Shown here: positions 27,139-39,600 of the stretch, one piece after another | Position numbering within the stretch: the first letter of the stretch is position 1 | Layout of the letters: every line of letters begins with the position of its first letter | Source: Eledone cirrhosa | Lineage: Eukaryota | NCBI GenBank assembly: GCA_964016885.1 | Contig: OZ024742.1 | Location: forward strand, 13,268,001 to 13,332,000 | Direction of reading: 5' to 3' | DNA length: 64,000 bases | The notes under the pieces: model-generated | Database searches by the model: none | Seen by the model: only the letters and a program-made list of their open reading frames with translations | What the model was told of the DNA's origin: nothing | Translations under genes and position numbers: made by a program

Positions 27139-27645
27139 TCAGTTCTCAGATTTAAAAACACTTTGTGACGGCAAGATATTAAATTTGCTATTCTTACTCA
27201 CGATACGTTGGCGCATGTTTTGTTGTTGCTGTTGTTTTTCACCTGAACGTACAGTCGATTTTAACATAAAATCTATACGACTTTACTACATAATGTAATA
27301 AAATATATGTTGTTTTAATATATTTTAACAATAACTTACATGATTCTTTTTTACAATGTCAATGTCTGTACATTCTAAAACAGAACAAGATAACTCAGTA
27401 GATTTAATTTCAGTTAATAATATTGTCATTTATAACCTTCATATTGGTTAATAAGAAAGTATGTGGTGAATTGGATAGAAGGCTTCGTGGTATTTGGTTC
27501 TGGCTCTCTGTGTTCTGAATTCAGCTCCTGCTTAGGTCAACTTTGTTTTTCATCCTTGATAAAAAGTGTCTATCTAGTCGGTACTGCGGTCGCTTCTTCT
27601 TCTATATCTCTTTCTCACTTCCTCTCTCACTCTTTCCTTCTCTAG

Positions 27646-27779
27646 AAGAAATTGGCTGTGTTCAGACCTGGAGAGAAAATGGATTCCACCAGGTTTATAA
27701 TCCCCAAGATATGTTGTATGTCACAACGGCGCCCCTACGACCCTATCAGCAGTTACAGGTTCATCAAACAAAAGAGAAA
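27646..27779 (+). CDS. Candidate internal exon
   Basis: Long polypyrimidine tract + TAG acceptor, AAA|GTAAGA donor, open in two frames. Confidence 0.45.
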
Positions 27780-28015
27780 GTAAGACCTGTAATTTTGGAA
27801 AGATGATAACATTCCTGACTTAGAGATATCGAATATTTTCCACGTGTGCAATTAGAGCAGGTGTGCAGTGATTTGAATAGAGTTGCATGATTGAAAAGAA
27901 ATAAAGAAGTGAAGAGATTAGTTCGGAACTAGGGACATGAGACACGGGATGGGTGCTGAATGAAGCAGTCAGTGCTTCATTGGATGTCTTATGTTTGTAT
28001 CATTAAACGACAAGA

Positions 28016-28231
28016 GGGCGGTGGATTGGCAGTATCGGTAGAGCGTCGGACACCATGCTTTGCAGCATAGAGTTACGGCTCCTTACGGTCTGTGTTCAAA
28101 TCCCGCCGAGGTTAACTTTGCCATTCATCCTTACGGGTTCGATAAAATAAAGCACCAGTAACGTACTGGGGTCGATTTAATCGACTTTCTCCTCCCCCCA
28201 AATTACTGGTCGTGTGCCTATAATAGAAATC
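28016..28231 (+). mobile_element. Full-length tRNA-derived SINE (central region recalls the MetaSINE domain)
   Basis: A box TGGCAGTATCGG, B box GTTCAAATCC; perfect 17-bp TSD ATCATTAAACGACAAGA (27999-28015, 28232-28248). Confidence 0.88.
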
Positions 28232-28311
28232 ATCATTAAACGACAAGACAGCCAGCGTCAGGCAGAACTATTACCAGAGACATTTAGGAAGAGACCAAAC
28301 CATGTTTTTAT

Positions 28312-28518
28312 GGGCGGAAGAATAGTGAGAATCGCGAGCACCGAACAAAATGCTAAGTGACATTTAGTTACGTCCCTTTACGTTCTGAGTTCAAATCCCA
28401 CCGGCGTTAACTTTACCATTCATCCTTACGGGGTCGATAAATAAAGTACGAACTTGGGTCGATGTAATCGACTTTCCCTTCAAATCGTTGACCTTGTACC
28501 AAATGTAGAAACAATTGT
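28312..28518 (+). mobile_element. tRNA-SINE, same family, older copy
   Basis: Colinear similarity to 28016-28231. Confidence 0.8.
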
Positions 28519-28628
28519 TTTCCTCGATATGATGTAATTTGATGCAGATTTGGCTACTATTTCTAGCCTCTCGGGTTACTGCAAATAGTTTCTCTTGTAT
28601 GTGTGGTGGTTGTCATTTAGCTACACGT

Positions 28629-28795
28629 CAGATTTGAGGGACGTTTTAGCTGCTATGTCGTGTTGGTATTGTTGGGGTGAAGTAGTCAGTAGATGGCTAT
28701 TTCTTGGGGGGTATCCAGATTTGAGGGATGTTTTAGCTGCTATGTCGTGTTGGTGTTGTTGGGGTGAAGTAGTCAGTAGATGGCTATTTTTTGGG
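28629..28795. repeat. 87-bp tandem duplication
   Basis: CAGATTTGAGGGA..TAGATGGCTATTT occurs twice. Confidence 0.85.
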
Positions 28796-28971
28796 AAGTG
28801 TAGATAAATTCTATTAACTTTTTTCAAAAGACAGAAGAGCAGTTTGTTGGGAGCTGCTGGTTGTAGAGTGTTAATAGAAAAACTTGTGTTTTTATCTTTG
28901 TAAAGAAATATAGAGTTTACAATGGAGGCTTTATTACATAATATATTTATCATGAATATTCTCACCAGGAC

Positions 28972-29270
28972 TAACAACAGTAGTAACAACAACACCAATA
29001 GCAGCAATGATAATAACAGCAATAACAGCAGTAGCAACAATAACAACAACAGAAACAGAAGCAATGACGACACCAGCTGCAACAACAACAATAACAGCAG
29101 CAGCAACAAGAACAACAGCAGCAGCAGCAACAACACCAGCAACAACAGCATAAATAAATAACAGCAACAACAACCACAACAACAATAACAGCAAACAAAA
29201 ACAACAATAGCAGCAGCAACAACACCAGCAACAACAACAGTATAAATAAACACCAGCAACAACAAGCAAA
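28972..29270. repeat. (CAA/CAG)n trinucleotide repeat
   Basis: Direct reading. Confidence 0.9.
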
Positions 29271-29654
29271 CTAAGAAAGTCCCCTTCATTTCCATTTCAC
29301 GTCTTCAAAGGGTGTGACATACAATTAGAAATCCCTCCCTCTACCCAACACCGCAGTCTACATTATTTTCTATATATTTCCTTAAACTGTGAATTGTTTG
29401 CCACACCCGATTGTAAAGTTTTTTTGTTAGTGTTAATGAAATAAATTCCTTCCAATAGACAATGGAAAATTAAATAATGAGATTTGAAGCAAAAAAAAAA
29501 GAAACAAAAAAAGTCGAAACGTAAATAAACCGTTTATTATAAAAACAAAACCAAGAAATTTTTGTTTTCGTTTTTCAGTAAAATTACATCCTTAAGACAA
29601 CACAATAATAAGACAATCAGAATGGCTGCGGCTGTTACGACTACTAATAATATT

Positions 29655-30075
29655 AATAATTGTTTCTACTTTTGGCACAAGGCCAGCTATTATCCCAGTG
29701 TATTACTGGTACTTTATTTTATCGACCTCGTAAGGATGAAAGGCAAAGCTAACCTCGGCGTGATTTGAACTCAGACCGTAAAGAGCCGTAACTCTATGCT
29801 GCAAAGCGTGTTGTCCGACCCTCTACCAACCTACCATCGTTATTCTACTAATAATTGTTTCTACTTCTGGCTCAAGGCCAGCAATTATCTCAGTGTATTA
29901 CTGGTACTATATTTTATCGACCTCGTAAAGATGAAAGGCAAAGTTAACCTCGGCGGGATTTGAACTCAGACCGTAAAGGGACGTTCTGATTTAGACACAA
30001 GACAGCAATTTGGGGAGAGGGAAAAGTCGGTTAAATCAATCCCAGTGCATTACTGGTACTTTATTTTACCAACCC
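29655..30075 (-). mobile_element. Three consecutive partial tRNA-SINE copies (28016 family)
   Basis: Copies at about 29655-29835, 29850-29985 and 29990-30075, all reverse complement. Confidence 0.8.
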
Positions 30076-30095
30076 TTGAGCCTAAATCAGAAATC

Positions 30096-30211
30096 ATTAT
30101 TACTATTGTTGTTGTTGCTGCTACTGTTGCTGATGTTCTTATTGTTGCCATTGTTACTAATGTTGCTGTTGTTATTGTTGTTGCTATTGTTGTCGTTGTT
30201 ACTGTTGTTGT
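30096..30211. repeat. (GTT)n trinucleotide repeat
   Basis: Direct reading. Confidence 0.85.
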
Positions 30212-30877
30212 AACAGAATAGAAAACCGCTTCAGTTCCATAACAACAGAAGCCTCCAAGACATGACAAACTGTTGGTCAATAATGATTGTACCAATAAAA
30301 TATCAGGATGTCAAGTGTTGACGTCCATATTGTACTCTCAACCAGGCTCGCTGGTCATCTGAAGAAGAATCTGGTTTTTTTCCTTTCTAAGGCCGCAGAA
30401 AAGATGCTGAAAGTGTATTTATGGATGTAAAGAACAACTATTGGTAAACTGTAGAGTTATTGGTATTACAGCAAGAATGGGAAGAGAAAAATGGATAAAG
30501 AAATGCACAGATTGATTACCGAAAGGCCTGTGGCAGAAAACGAAGCTTTTCAATGTTGGAGGCCATATTGAAAAGATATGGCCAATTCTAAAGCAGTACA
30601 TCAAGCATGACATGGCAAAGTGCAAAACATCAATTATGTTATCAGATAAAAGCAAGATAATCCATCACCCCCAGGCTTCATAAAGATGGAATATACGTGC
30701 AGGGGGTTGTGGGGTGGGGCAGGCAGGAAGAAAAAAAGACGAACGAAACAGAAATAAAAAAGAAGTATTATGAATTATAAAGATAGGACTTAGATATATG
30801 TTTACTAAAGAGCTCAGCTTTAAGCATAGTACGTGAAAATGAAGAGTTTGTGTATGCACACACACATATATATAATG

Positions 30878-30921
<44 letters not shown>

Positions 30922-31033
30922 ATGTGTGAGTATGTATGTGTGTATATATATATATATATATAATGTGTGAGTATGTATGTGTATATATATATGTGTGAGT
31001 ATGTATGTGTATATATATATGTGTGTGTGTGTG

Positions 31034-31079
<46 letters not shown>

Positions 31080-31195
31080 GTGTGTGTACGTATGTGTGTT
31101 GAATGTATATATATATATATATGTGTGTATGTGTGTTTGTGTGTGTGTATGTATATATATGTGTGTGTTAATGTATATATATATGTGTGTGTATG

Positions 31196-31230
<35 letters not shown>

Positions 31231-31233
31231 ATG

Positions 31234-31270
<37 letters not shown>

Positions 31271-31273
31271 ATG

Positions 31274-31323
<50 letters not shown>

Positions 31324-31364
31324 CGTGTGTGTGAGTATGTATGTATATATATATATATATATAT

Positions 31365-31972
31365 GTCTGGTCACCACTTGGTGCTACTGGTAACATGTAT
31401 CCCAGTACAACCTGTCTCGTGGTCGGGTCGTTGGCGACTAAACTGGCAACCCCACCAAGGTTTCTTGGTGAGGAGGGTGATTTTGGACATCCTGCAGGAC
31501 TAAAAACAAAACCTGTCAAAGGGCAAAGGGGCTCTTAAGAGTCAATGGCCATCCAAAATCATCGGGAGAGATGACCCCTTAGCCTTTGTCAAGGCAGAAT
31601 TCTAGGAGAAGGAAAACTCTGATATAACACCTGCAACCCTGATGGTATCCAATGATGTTGACTTGTTCTTCTTTTTGGTAAATATCATCTTGGTTAAGAG
31701 AGTGGGACTGGCTTTGTGCAGTGCCTTTGCTCACTATAAAAGCTTCACGGCACAGGCATTGGTTTATATCTGGAGATCTCTCTGTACTTGTCGTCACATG
31801 GTACCATGGGCCCAGCACTATGTGTCAATAATTGTCACAAGTGTAGTGTTTGTACCAGAGTTTTCAAGTCGCTAGCTGCACTAAAAAGTCACACTCGTTC
31901 AGCGCATCGGTAGGGGTTCTCCTACATGGATATAAAGTAGTGGCCGTACTCGAAAACGAGTTGGCAGCCACC
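31365..31972 (+). mobile_element. ~610-bp non-autonomous retroelement with RTE-like 5' UTR
   Basis: Second copy at 509-829; CTAGGAGAAGGAAAACTCTGA motif resembles RTE-clade 5' UTRs (from recall); structured 5' end; both ends abut (TA)n. Confidence 0.65.
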
Positions 31973-32062
31973 ATATATATTTTTATGTGTGTGTATGTAT
32001 GTTTTAAAACCTCTCAACGAACGTGGAAGAAAGAAGTATCAGTTTATTTACTATACACAATA

Positions 32063-32250
32063 ATATCCTCTATGAGGTCACTAAACCTGCTAGAAACAGC
32101 AGCTAACTCTCCCCCATATCACACCACTCCCTACTGTCTTAAATTTAGAAAACACATATCCTCTATGAGGTCACTAAACCTGCTAGAAGCAACAGCTAAC
32201 TCTCCCCCATATCACACCCCTCCCTACTGTCTTAAATTTAGAAAACACAC
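32063..32250. repeat. 93-bp tandem duplication of a repeat-derived segment
   Basis: ATATCCTCTATGAGGTCACTAAACCTGCTAG..AAATTTAGAAAACAC occurs twice. Confidence 0.85.
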
Positions 32251-32713
32251 ATTAGACAACCATGCAGAACAACTCCATCGCAGTTCTGTTGTTCGGCTGG
32301 CATCGTCTACGCGCGTGTTGCGCAAGTGCTGTGAAACAATAAATTTCAACACTTCTTTGCACAGAGATAATATCCATAGGCGAAACTACAATTGTCACTG
32401 CTGGCGCAGCTCCTACTTCGGCAGTCCAGGTCGGCAATTCATTCACCCAGTGCCTGGCAGACAAAAAAGTGCTGCCATAAAATGGGTGGTGCAACCTAAC
32501 TTTGGTAACTTACTGACTCCGAGCAACGCCGGGCTTTAATGATAGTATATATATATGTGTGTATATATGTATGTATATATTTTTGTATACACATTAGGTT
32601 GTTCAGTAGATACGTGGTTTACTGAGGAAGGTACCAAAATCAACACTATATGCTAAAGTAGGTTGTATATATTGAAACAAAGCACATTAAGGTCTTTCTA
32701 GATAGTTTCACAG

Positions 32714-32918
32714 ATGGATGGCTCAGGATCTATATAAACGCTATAGACCCGACTCCAGCCCGATCTGCTCATCAGACTTATTAATCAAGCCCAACATCCT
32801 TACCACTAGGCAACCACTCCGCCATTCTTTCTCCTTTGTACATGTTCTCTTCAAGATGGTAGACTATGATTTGAGTGATACTTGGCTTGTATGTTTAGCA
32901 ATTGGAAATACCATGTAG
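32714..32918 (+). CDS. Candidate downstream/terminal exon
   Basis: TTTCACAG acceptor in phase 2, compatible with exon 27646-27779; open to stop at 32918. Confidence 0.25.
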
Positions 32919-32959
32919 AAGGCGCTCTCATCGGTTCGTCCTAAATTCGTCACCAATAC

Positions 32960-33279
32960 ATAACACATCACTGTAAACCCTTATGAATTATCAAAGCGCT
33001 CGGAGTGTTTGAAAGTATACAAGTCCCAAACACATAAACTAAACTAACTGTAATAACAGTCGGTTGCTAAAGATAATAGTTGAGAAAATTGGGTAAAATT
33101 ACATTAGAGAAGAAAATTCCATTTTTTCTGTCTCTAAAACAATTTTATCAAATGTTCTCCATTATTATCTTTAGCGACCGACTCTTATTACAATTAGTTT
33201 CAGCATTTGGGAATCTCACATTTTCAAATTTCAAACAACTCCCAGCGCTTCATTCATAGGGTTCATAGTAATGTGTTAT
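32960..33279. mobile_element. Degenerate ~320-bp palindrome (old MITE/foldback-like element)
   Basis: e.g. TGTAATAACAGTCGGTTGCTAAAGATAATA vs TATTATCTTTAGCGACCGACTCTTATTACA; ends TAACACAT/ATGTGTTA. Confidence 0.7.
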
Positions 33280-33626
33280 TCTGTATTGATGCTGTCATAA
33301 CTGTAGAGAGGGTGACAGGACATGGAATCTAAGATTCATTGCTATTTTTCAGGATAGTAAAAGTTTGTGTATCAACATAGTAAGGTTTAATTAAAGTTGA
33401 CTCGTTCGGATTATCAAACTAAAGGGCGAAAGGGTTATCAAAGCGCAACAGGTGGCTTTGACGTCTGGAAGATGAGGGCTAGATGGTTCACATTTGACAC
33501 TCAACTCAGACCTATGATAGGGTCAAAATTTATTTGAGAATTGAGAAGTTATCTAAATTAACAAAAGAGGAAAATATTGAATGACGGCTGTGTGTAGAAA
33601 TATTACCAATCCAATATGGAGATTTA

Positions 33627-36600
33627 TGCTGGTCTCTAGGTGTTGGTACGGTGGTGTGGTGCTGGTGTCTAGGTGTTGGTATGGTGGTGTGGTGTTGGTG
33701 TCTAGGTGTTGGTACGGTGGTGTGGTGATGGTGTCTAGGTGTTGGTACGGTGGTGTGGTGATGGTGTCTAGGTGTTGGTACGGTGGTGTGGTGATGGTGT
33801 CTAGGTGTTGGTACGGTGGTGTGGTGATGGTGTCTAGGTGTTGGTACGGTGGTGTGGTGCTGGTGTCTAGGTGTTGGTACGGTGGTGTGGTGATGGTGTC
33901 TAGGTGTTGGTACGGTGGTGTGGTGATGGTGTCTAGGTGTTGGTACGGTGGTGTGGTGATGGTGTCTAGGTGTCGGTACGGTGGTGTGGTGATGGTGTCT
34001 AGGTGTTGGTACGGTGGTGTGGTGCTGGTGTCTAGGTGTTGGTACGGTGGTGTGGTGTTGGTGTCTAGGTGTTGGTACGGTGGTGTGGTGCTGGTGTCTA
34101 GGTGTTGGTACGGTGGTGTGGTGATGGTGTCTAGGTGTCGGTACGGTGGTGTGGTGATGGTGTCTAGGTGTTGGTACGGTGGTGTGGTGTTGGTGTCTAG
34201 GTGTTGGTACGGTGGTGTGGTGATGGTGTCTAGGTGTTGGTACGGTGGTGTGGTGCTGGTGTCTAGGTGTCGGTACGGTGGTGTGGTGATGGTGTCTAGG
34301 TGTTGGTACGGTGGTGTGGTGATGGTGTCTAGGTGTTGGTACGGTGGTGTGGTGCTGGTGTCTAGGTGTTGGTACGGTGGTGTGGTGCTGGTGTCTAGGT
34401 GTTGGTACGGTGGTGTGGTGTTGGTGTCTAGGTGTTGGTACAGTGGTGTGGTAATGGTGTCTAGGTGTTGGTACGGTGGTGTGGTGATGGTGTCTAGGTG
34501 TTGGTACGGTGGTGTGGTGTTGGTGTCTAGGTGTTGGTACAGTGGTGTGGTGATGGTGTCTAGGTGTTGGTACGGTGGTGTGGTGATGGTGTCTAGGTGT
34601 TGGTACGGTGGTGTGGTGATGGTGTCTAGGTGTTGGTACGGTGGTGTGGTGATGGTGTCTAGGTGTTGGTACGGTGGTGTGGTGATGGTGTCTAGGTGTT
34701 GGTAGGGTGGTGTGGTGATGGTGTCTAGGTGTTGGTACGGTGGTGTGGTGATGGTGTCTAGGTGTTGGTACGGTGGTGTGGTGATGGTGTCTAGGTGTTG
34801 GTACAGCGGTGTGGTGATGGTGTCTAGGTGTTGGTACGGTGGTGTGGTGTTGGTGTCTAGGTGTTGGTACAGTGGTGTGGTGATGGTGTCTAGGTGTTGG
34901 TACGGTGGTGTGGTGATGGTGTCTAGGTGTTGGTACGGTGGTGTGGTGATGGTGTCTAGGTGTTGGTACGGTGGTGTGGTGATGGTGTCTAGGTGTTGGT
35001 AGGGTGGTGTGGTGATGGTGTCTAGGTGTTGGTACGGTGGTGTGGTGATGGTGTCTAGGTGTTGGTACAGTGGTGTGGTGATGGTGTCTAGGTGTTGGTA
35101 CGGTGGTGTGGTGCTGGTGTCTAGGTGTTGGTACGGTGGTGTGGTGTTGGTGTCTAGGTGTTGGTACGGTGGTGTGGTGCTGGTGTCTAGGTGTTGGTAC
35201 GGTGGTGTGGTGATGGTGTCTAGGTGTTGGTACGGTGGTGTGGTGCTGGTGTCTAGGTGTTGGTACGGTGGTGTGGTGTTGGTGTCTAGGTGTTGGTACG
35301 GTGGTGTGGTGCTGGTGTCTAGGTGTTGGTACGGTGGTGTGGTGATGGTGTCTAGGTGTTGGTACGGTGGTGTGGTGCTGGTGTCTAGGTGTTGGTACGG
35401 TGGTGTGGTGTTGGTGTCTAGGTGTTGGTACGGTGGTGTGGTGCTGGTGTCTAGGTGTTGGTACGGTGGTGTGGTGATGGTGTCTAGGTGTTGGTACGGT
35501 GGTGTGGTGCTGGTGTCTAGGTGTTGGTACGGTGGTGTGGTGTTGGTGTCTAGGTGTTGGTACGGTGGTGTGGTGCTGGTTTCTAGGTGTTGGTACGGTG
35601 GTGTGGTGATGGTGTCTAGGTGTTGGTACGGTGGTGTGGTGATGGTGTCTAGGTGTTGGTACGGTGGTGTGGTGCTGGTGTCTAGGTGTTGGTACGGTGG
35701 TGTGGTGCTGGTGTCTAGGTGTTGGTACGGTGGTGTGGTGTTGGTGTCTAGGTGTTGGTACGGTGGTGTGGTGCTGGTGTCTAGGTGTTGGTACGGTGGT
35801 GTGGTGATGGTGTCTAGGTGTTGGTACGGTGGTGTGGTGATGGTCTCTAGGTGTTGGTACGGTGGTGTGGTGCTGGTGTCTAGGTGTTGGTACGGTGGTG
35901 TGGTGATGGTGTCTAGGTGTTGGTACGGTGGTGTGGTGCTGGTGTCTAGGTGTTGGTACGGTGGTGTGGTGATGGTGTCTAGGTGTTGGTACGGTGGTGT
36001 GGTGTTGGTGTCTAGGTGTTGGTACGGTGGTGTGGTGCTGGTGTCTAGGTGTTGGTACGGTGGTGTGGTGCTGATGTCTAGGTGTTGGTACGGTGGTGTG
36101 GTGATGGTGTCTAGGTGTTGGTACGGTGGTGTGGTGCTGGTGTCTAGGTGTTGGTACGGTGGTGTGGTGCTGGTGTCTAGGTGTTGGTACGGTGGTGTGG
36201 TGATGGTGTCTAGGTGTTGGTACGGTGGTGTGGTGATGGTGTCTAGGTGTTGGTACGGTGGTGTGGTGCTGGTCTCTAGGTGTTGGTACAGTGGTGTGGT
36301 GATGGTGTCTAGGTGTTGGTACGGTGGTGGAGTGGTGATGGTGTCTAGGTGTTGGTACGGTGGTGTGGTGATGGTGTCTAGGTGTTGGTACGGTGGTGTG
36401 GTGTTGGTGTCTGAGTGTTGGTACGGTGGTGTGGTGATGGTATCTAGGTGTTGGTACGGTGGTGTGGTGATGGTCTCTATGTGTTGGTACGGTGGTGTGG
36501 TGATGGTGTCTAGGTGTTGGTACGGTGGTGTGGTGATGGTATCTAGGTGTTGGTACGGTGGTGTAGTGTTGGTGTCTAGGTGTTGGTACGGTGGTGTGGT

Positions 36601-39600
36601 GTTGGTGTCTGAGTGTTGGTACGGTGGTGTGGTGATGGTGTCTAGGTGTTGGTACGGTGGTGTGGTGCTGGTGTCTAGGTGTTGGTACGGTGGTGTGGTG
36701 ATGGTGTGTAGGTGTTGGTACGGTGGTGTGGTGATGGTGTCTAGGTGTTGGTACAGTGGTGTGGTGATGGTGTCTAGGTGTTGGTACGGTGGTGTGGTGC
36801 TGGTGTCTAGGTGTTGGTACGGTGGTGTGGTGTTGGTGTCTAGGTGTTGGTACGGTGGTGTGGTGCTGGTGTCTAGGTGTTGGTACGGTGGTGTGGTGAT
36901 GGTGTCTAGGTGTTGGTACGGTGGTGTGGTGCTGGTGTCTAGGTGTTGGTACGGTGGTGTGGTGTTGGTGTCTAGGTGTTGGTACGGTGGTGTGGTGCTG
37001 GTGTCTAGGTGTTGGTACGGTGGTGTGGTGATGGTGTCTAGGTGTTGGTACGGTGGTGTGGTGCTGGTGTCTAGGTGTTGGTACGGTGGTGTGGTGTTGG
37101 TGTCTAGGTGTTGGTACGGTGGTGTGGTGCTGGTGTCTAGGTGTTGGTACGGTGGTGTGGTGATGGTGTCTAGGTGTTGGTACGGTGGTGTGGTGCTGGT
37201 GTCTAGGTGTTGGTACGGTGGTGTGGTGCTGGTGTCTAGGTGTTGGTACGGTGGTGTGGTGTTGGTGTCTAGGCGTTGGTACGGTGGTGTGGTGCTGGTG
37301 TCTAGGTGTTGGTACGGTGGTGTGGTGATGGTGTCTAGGTGTTGGTACGGTGGTGTGGTGCTGGTGTCTAGGTGTTGGTACGGTGGTGTGGTGTTGGTGT
37401 CTAGGTGTTGGTACGGTGGTGTGGTGCTGGTGTCTAGGTGTTGGTACGGTGGTGTGGTGATGGTGTCTAGGTGTTGGTACGGTGGTGTGGTGCTGGTGTC
37501 TAGGTGTTGGTACGGTGGTGTGGTGTTGGTGTCTAGGTGTTGGTACGGTGGTGTGGTGCTGGTTTCTAGGTGTTGGTACGGTGGTGTGGTGATGGTGTCT
37601 AGGTGTTGGTACGGTGGTGTGGTGATGGTGTCTAGGTGTTGGTACGGTGGTGTGGTGATGGTGTCTAGGTGTTGGTACGGTGGTGTGGTGCTGGTGTCTA
37701 GATGTTGGTACGGTGGTGTGGTGTTGGTGTCTAGGTGTTGGTACGGTGGTGTGGTGCTGGTGTCTAGGTGTTGGTACGGTGGTGTGGTGATGGTGTCTAG
37801 GTGTTGGTACGGTGGTGTGGTGCTGATGTCTAGGTGTTGGTACGGTGGTGTGGTGATGGTGTCTAGGTGTTGGTACGGTGGTGTGGTGCTGGTGTCTAGG
37901 TGTTGGTACGGTGGTGTGGTGCTGGTGTCTAGGTGTTGGTACGGTGGTGTGGTGATGGTGTCTAGGTGTTGGTACGGTGGTGTGGTGATGGTGTCTAGGT
38001 GTTGGTACGGTGGTGTGGTGCTGGTCTCTAGGTGTTGGTACAGTGGTGTGGTGATGGTGTCTAGGTGTTGGTACGGTGGTGGTGTGGTGATGGTGTCTAG
38101 GTGTTGGTACGGTGGCGTGGTGATGGTGTCTAGGTGTTGGTACGGTGGTGTGGTGATGGTGTCTAGGTGTTGGTACGGTGGTGTGGTGCTGGTGTCTAGG
38201 TGTTGGTACGGTGGTGTGGTGATGGTGTCTAGGTATTGGTACGGTGGTGTGGTGTTGGTGTCTAAGTGTTGGTACGGTGGTGTGGTGCTGGTGTCTAGGT
38301 GTTGGTACGGTGGTGTGGTGATGGTGTCTAGGTGTTGGTACGGTGGTGTGGTGATGGTGTCTAGGTGTTGGTACGGTGGTGTGGTGCTGGTGTCTAGGTG
38401 TTGGTACGGTGGTGTGGTGCTGGTGTCTAGGTGTTGGTACGGTGGTGTGGTGCTGGTGTCTAGGTGTTGGTACGGTGGTGTGGTGATGGTGTCTAGGTGT
38501 TGGTACGGTGGTGTGGTGATGGTATCTAGGTGTTGGTACGGTGGTGTGGTGTTGGTGTCTAGGTGTTGGTACGGTGGTGTGGTGTTGGTGTCTGAGTGTT
38601 GGTACGGTGGTGTGGTGATGGTGTCTAGGTGTTGGTACGGTGGTGTGGTGCTGGTGTCTAGGTGTTGGTACGGTGGTGTGGTGATGGTGTGTAGGTGTTG
38701 GTACGGTGGTGTGGTGCTGATGTCTAGGTGTTGGTACGGTGGTGTGGTGCTGATGTCTAGGTGTTGGTACGGTGGTGTGGTGATGGTGTCTAGGTGTTGG
38801 TACGGTGGTGTGGTGCTGGTGTCTAGGTGTTGGTACGGTGGTGTGGTGATGGTCTGTAGGTGTTGGTACGGTGGTGTGGTGCTGGTGTCTAGGTGTTGGT
38901 ACGGTGGTGTGGTGATGGTGTCTAGGTGTTGGTACGGTGGTGTGGTGCTGGTGTCTAGGTGTTGGTACGGTGGTGTCTGAGTGTTGGTACGGTGGTGTGG
39001 TGATGGTGTCTAGGTGTTGGTACGGTGGTGTGGTGCTGGTGTCTAGGTGTTGGTACGGTGGTGTGGTGATGGTTTCTAGGTGTTGGTACGGTGCTGTGGT
39101 GTTGGTGTCTAGGTGTTGGTACGGTGGTGTGGTGATGGTCTCTAGGTGTTGGTACGGTGGTGTGGTGTTGGTGTCTAGGTGTTGGTACGGTGGTGTGGTG
39201 TTGGTGTCTAGGTGTTGGTACGGTGGTGTAGTGATGGTCTCTAGGTGTTGGTACGGTGGTGTGGTGTTGGTGTCTAGGTGTTGGTACGGTGGTGTGGTGT
39301 TGGTGTCTAGGTGTTGGTACGGTGGTGTGGTGATGGTGTCTAGGTGTTGGTACGGTGGTGTGGTGATGGTGTCTAGGTGTTGGTACGGTGGTGTGGTGTT
39401 GGTGTCTAGGTGTTGGTACGGTGGTGTGGTGCTGGTGTCTAGGTGATGGTACGGTGGTGTGGTGCTGGTGTCTAGGTGTTGGTACGGTGGTGTGGTGCTG
39501 GTGTCTAGGTGTTGGTACGGTGGTGTGGTGAGTGTGTGGTGATGGTGTCTAGGTGTTGGTACGGTGGTGTGGTGCTGGTGTCTAGGTGATGGTACGGTGG

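Noticed and set aside
28621-29295. Hydrophobic poly-Leu 'membrane protein' ORFs (also 11535 and 30010)
   Set aside because: Derived from GTT/GCT triplet repeats
32685-32785. Minus-strand CTGATGA-GCAGAT...ATCTGT-GAAA hammerhead-like motif
   Set aside because: No U at the cleavage triplet after stem III and no convincing stem I; overlaps a candidate exon
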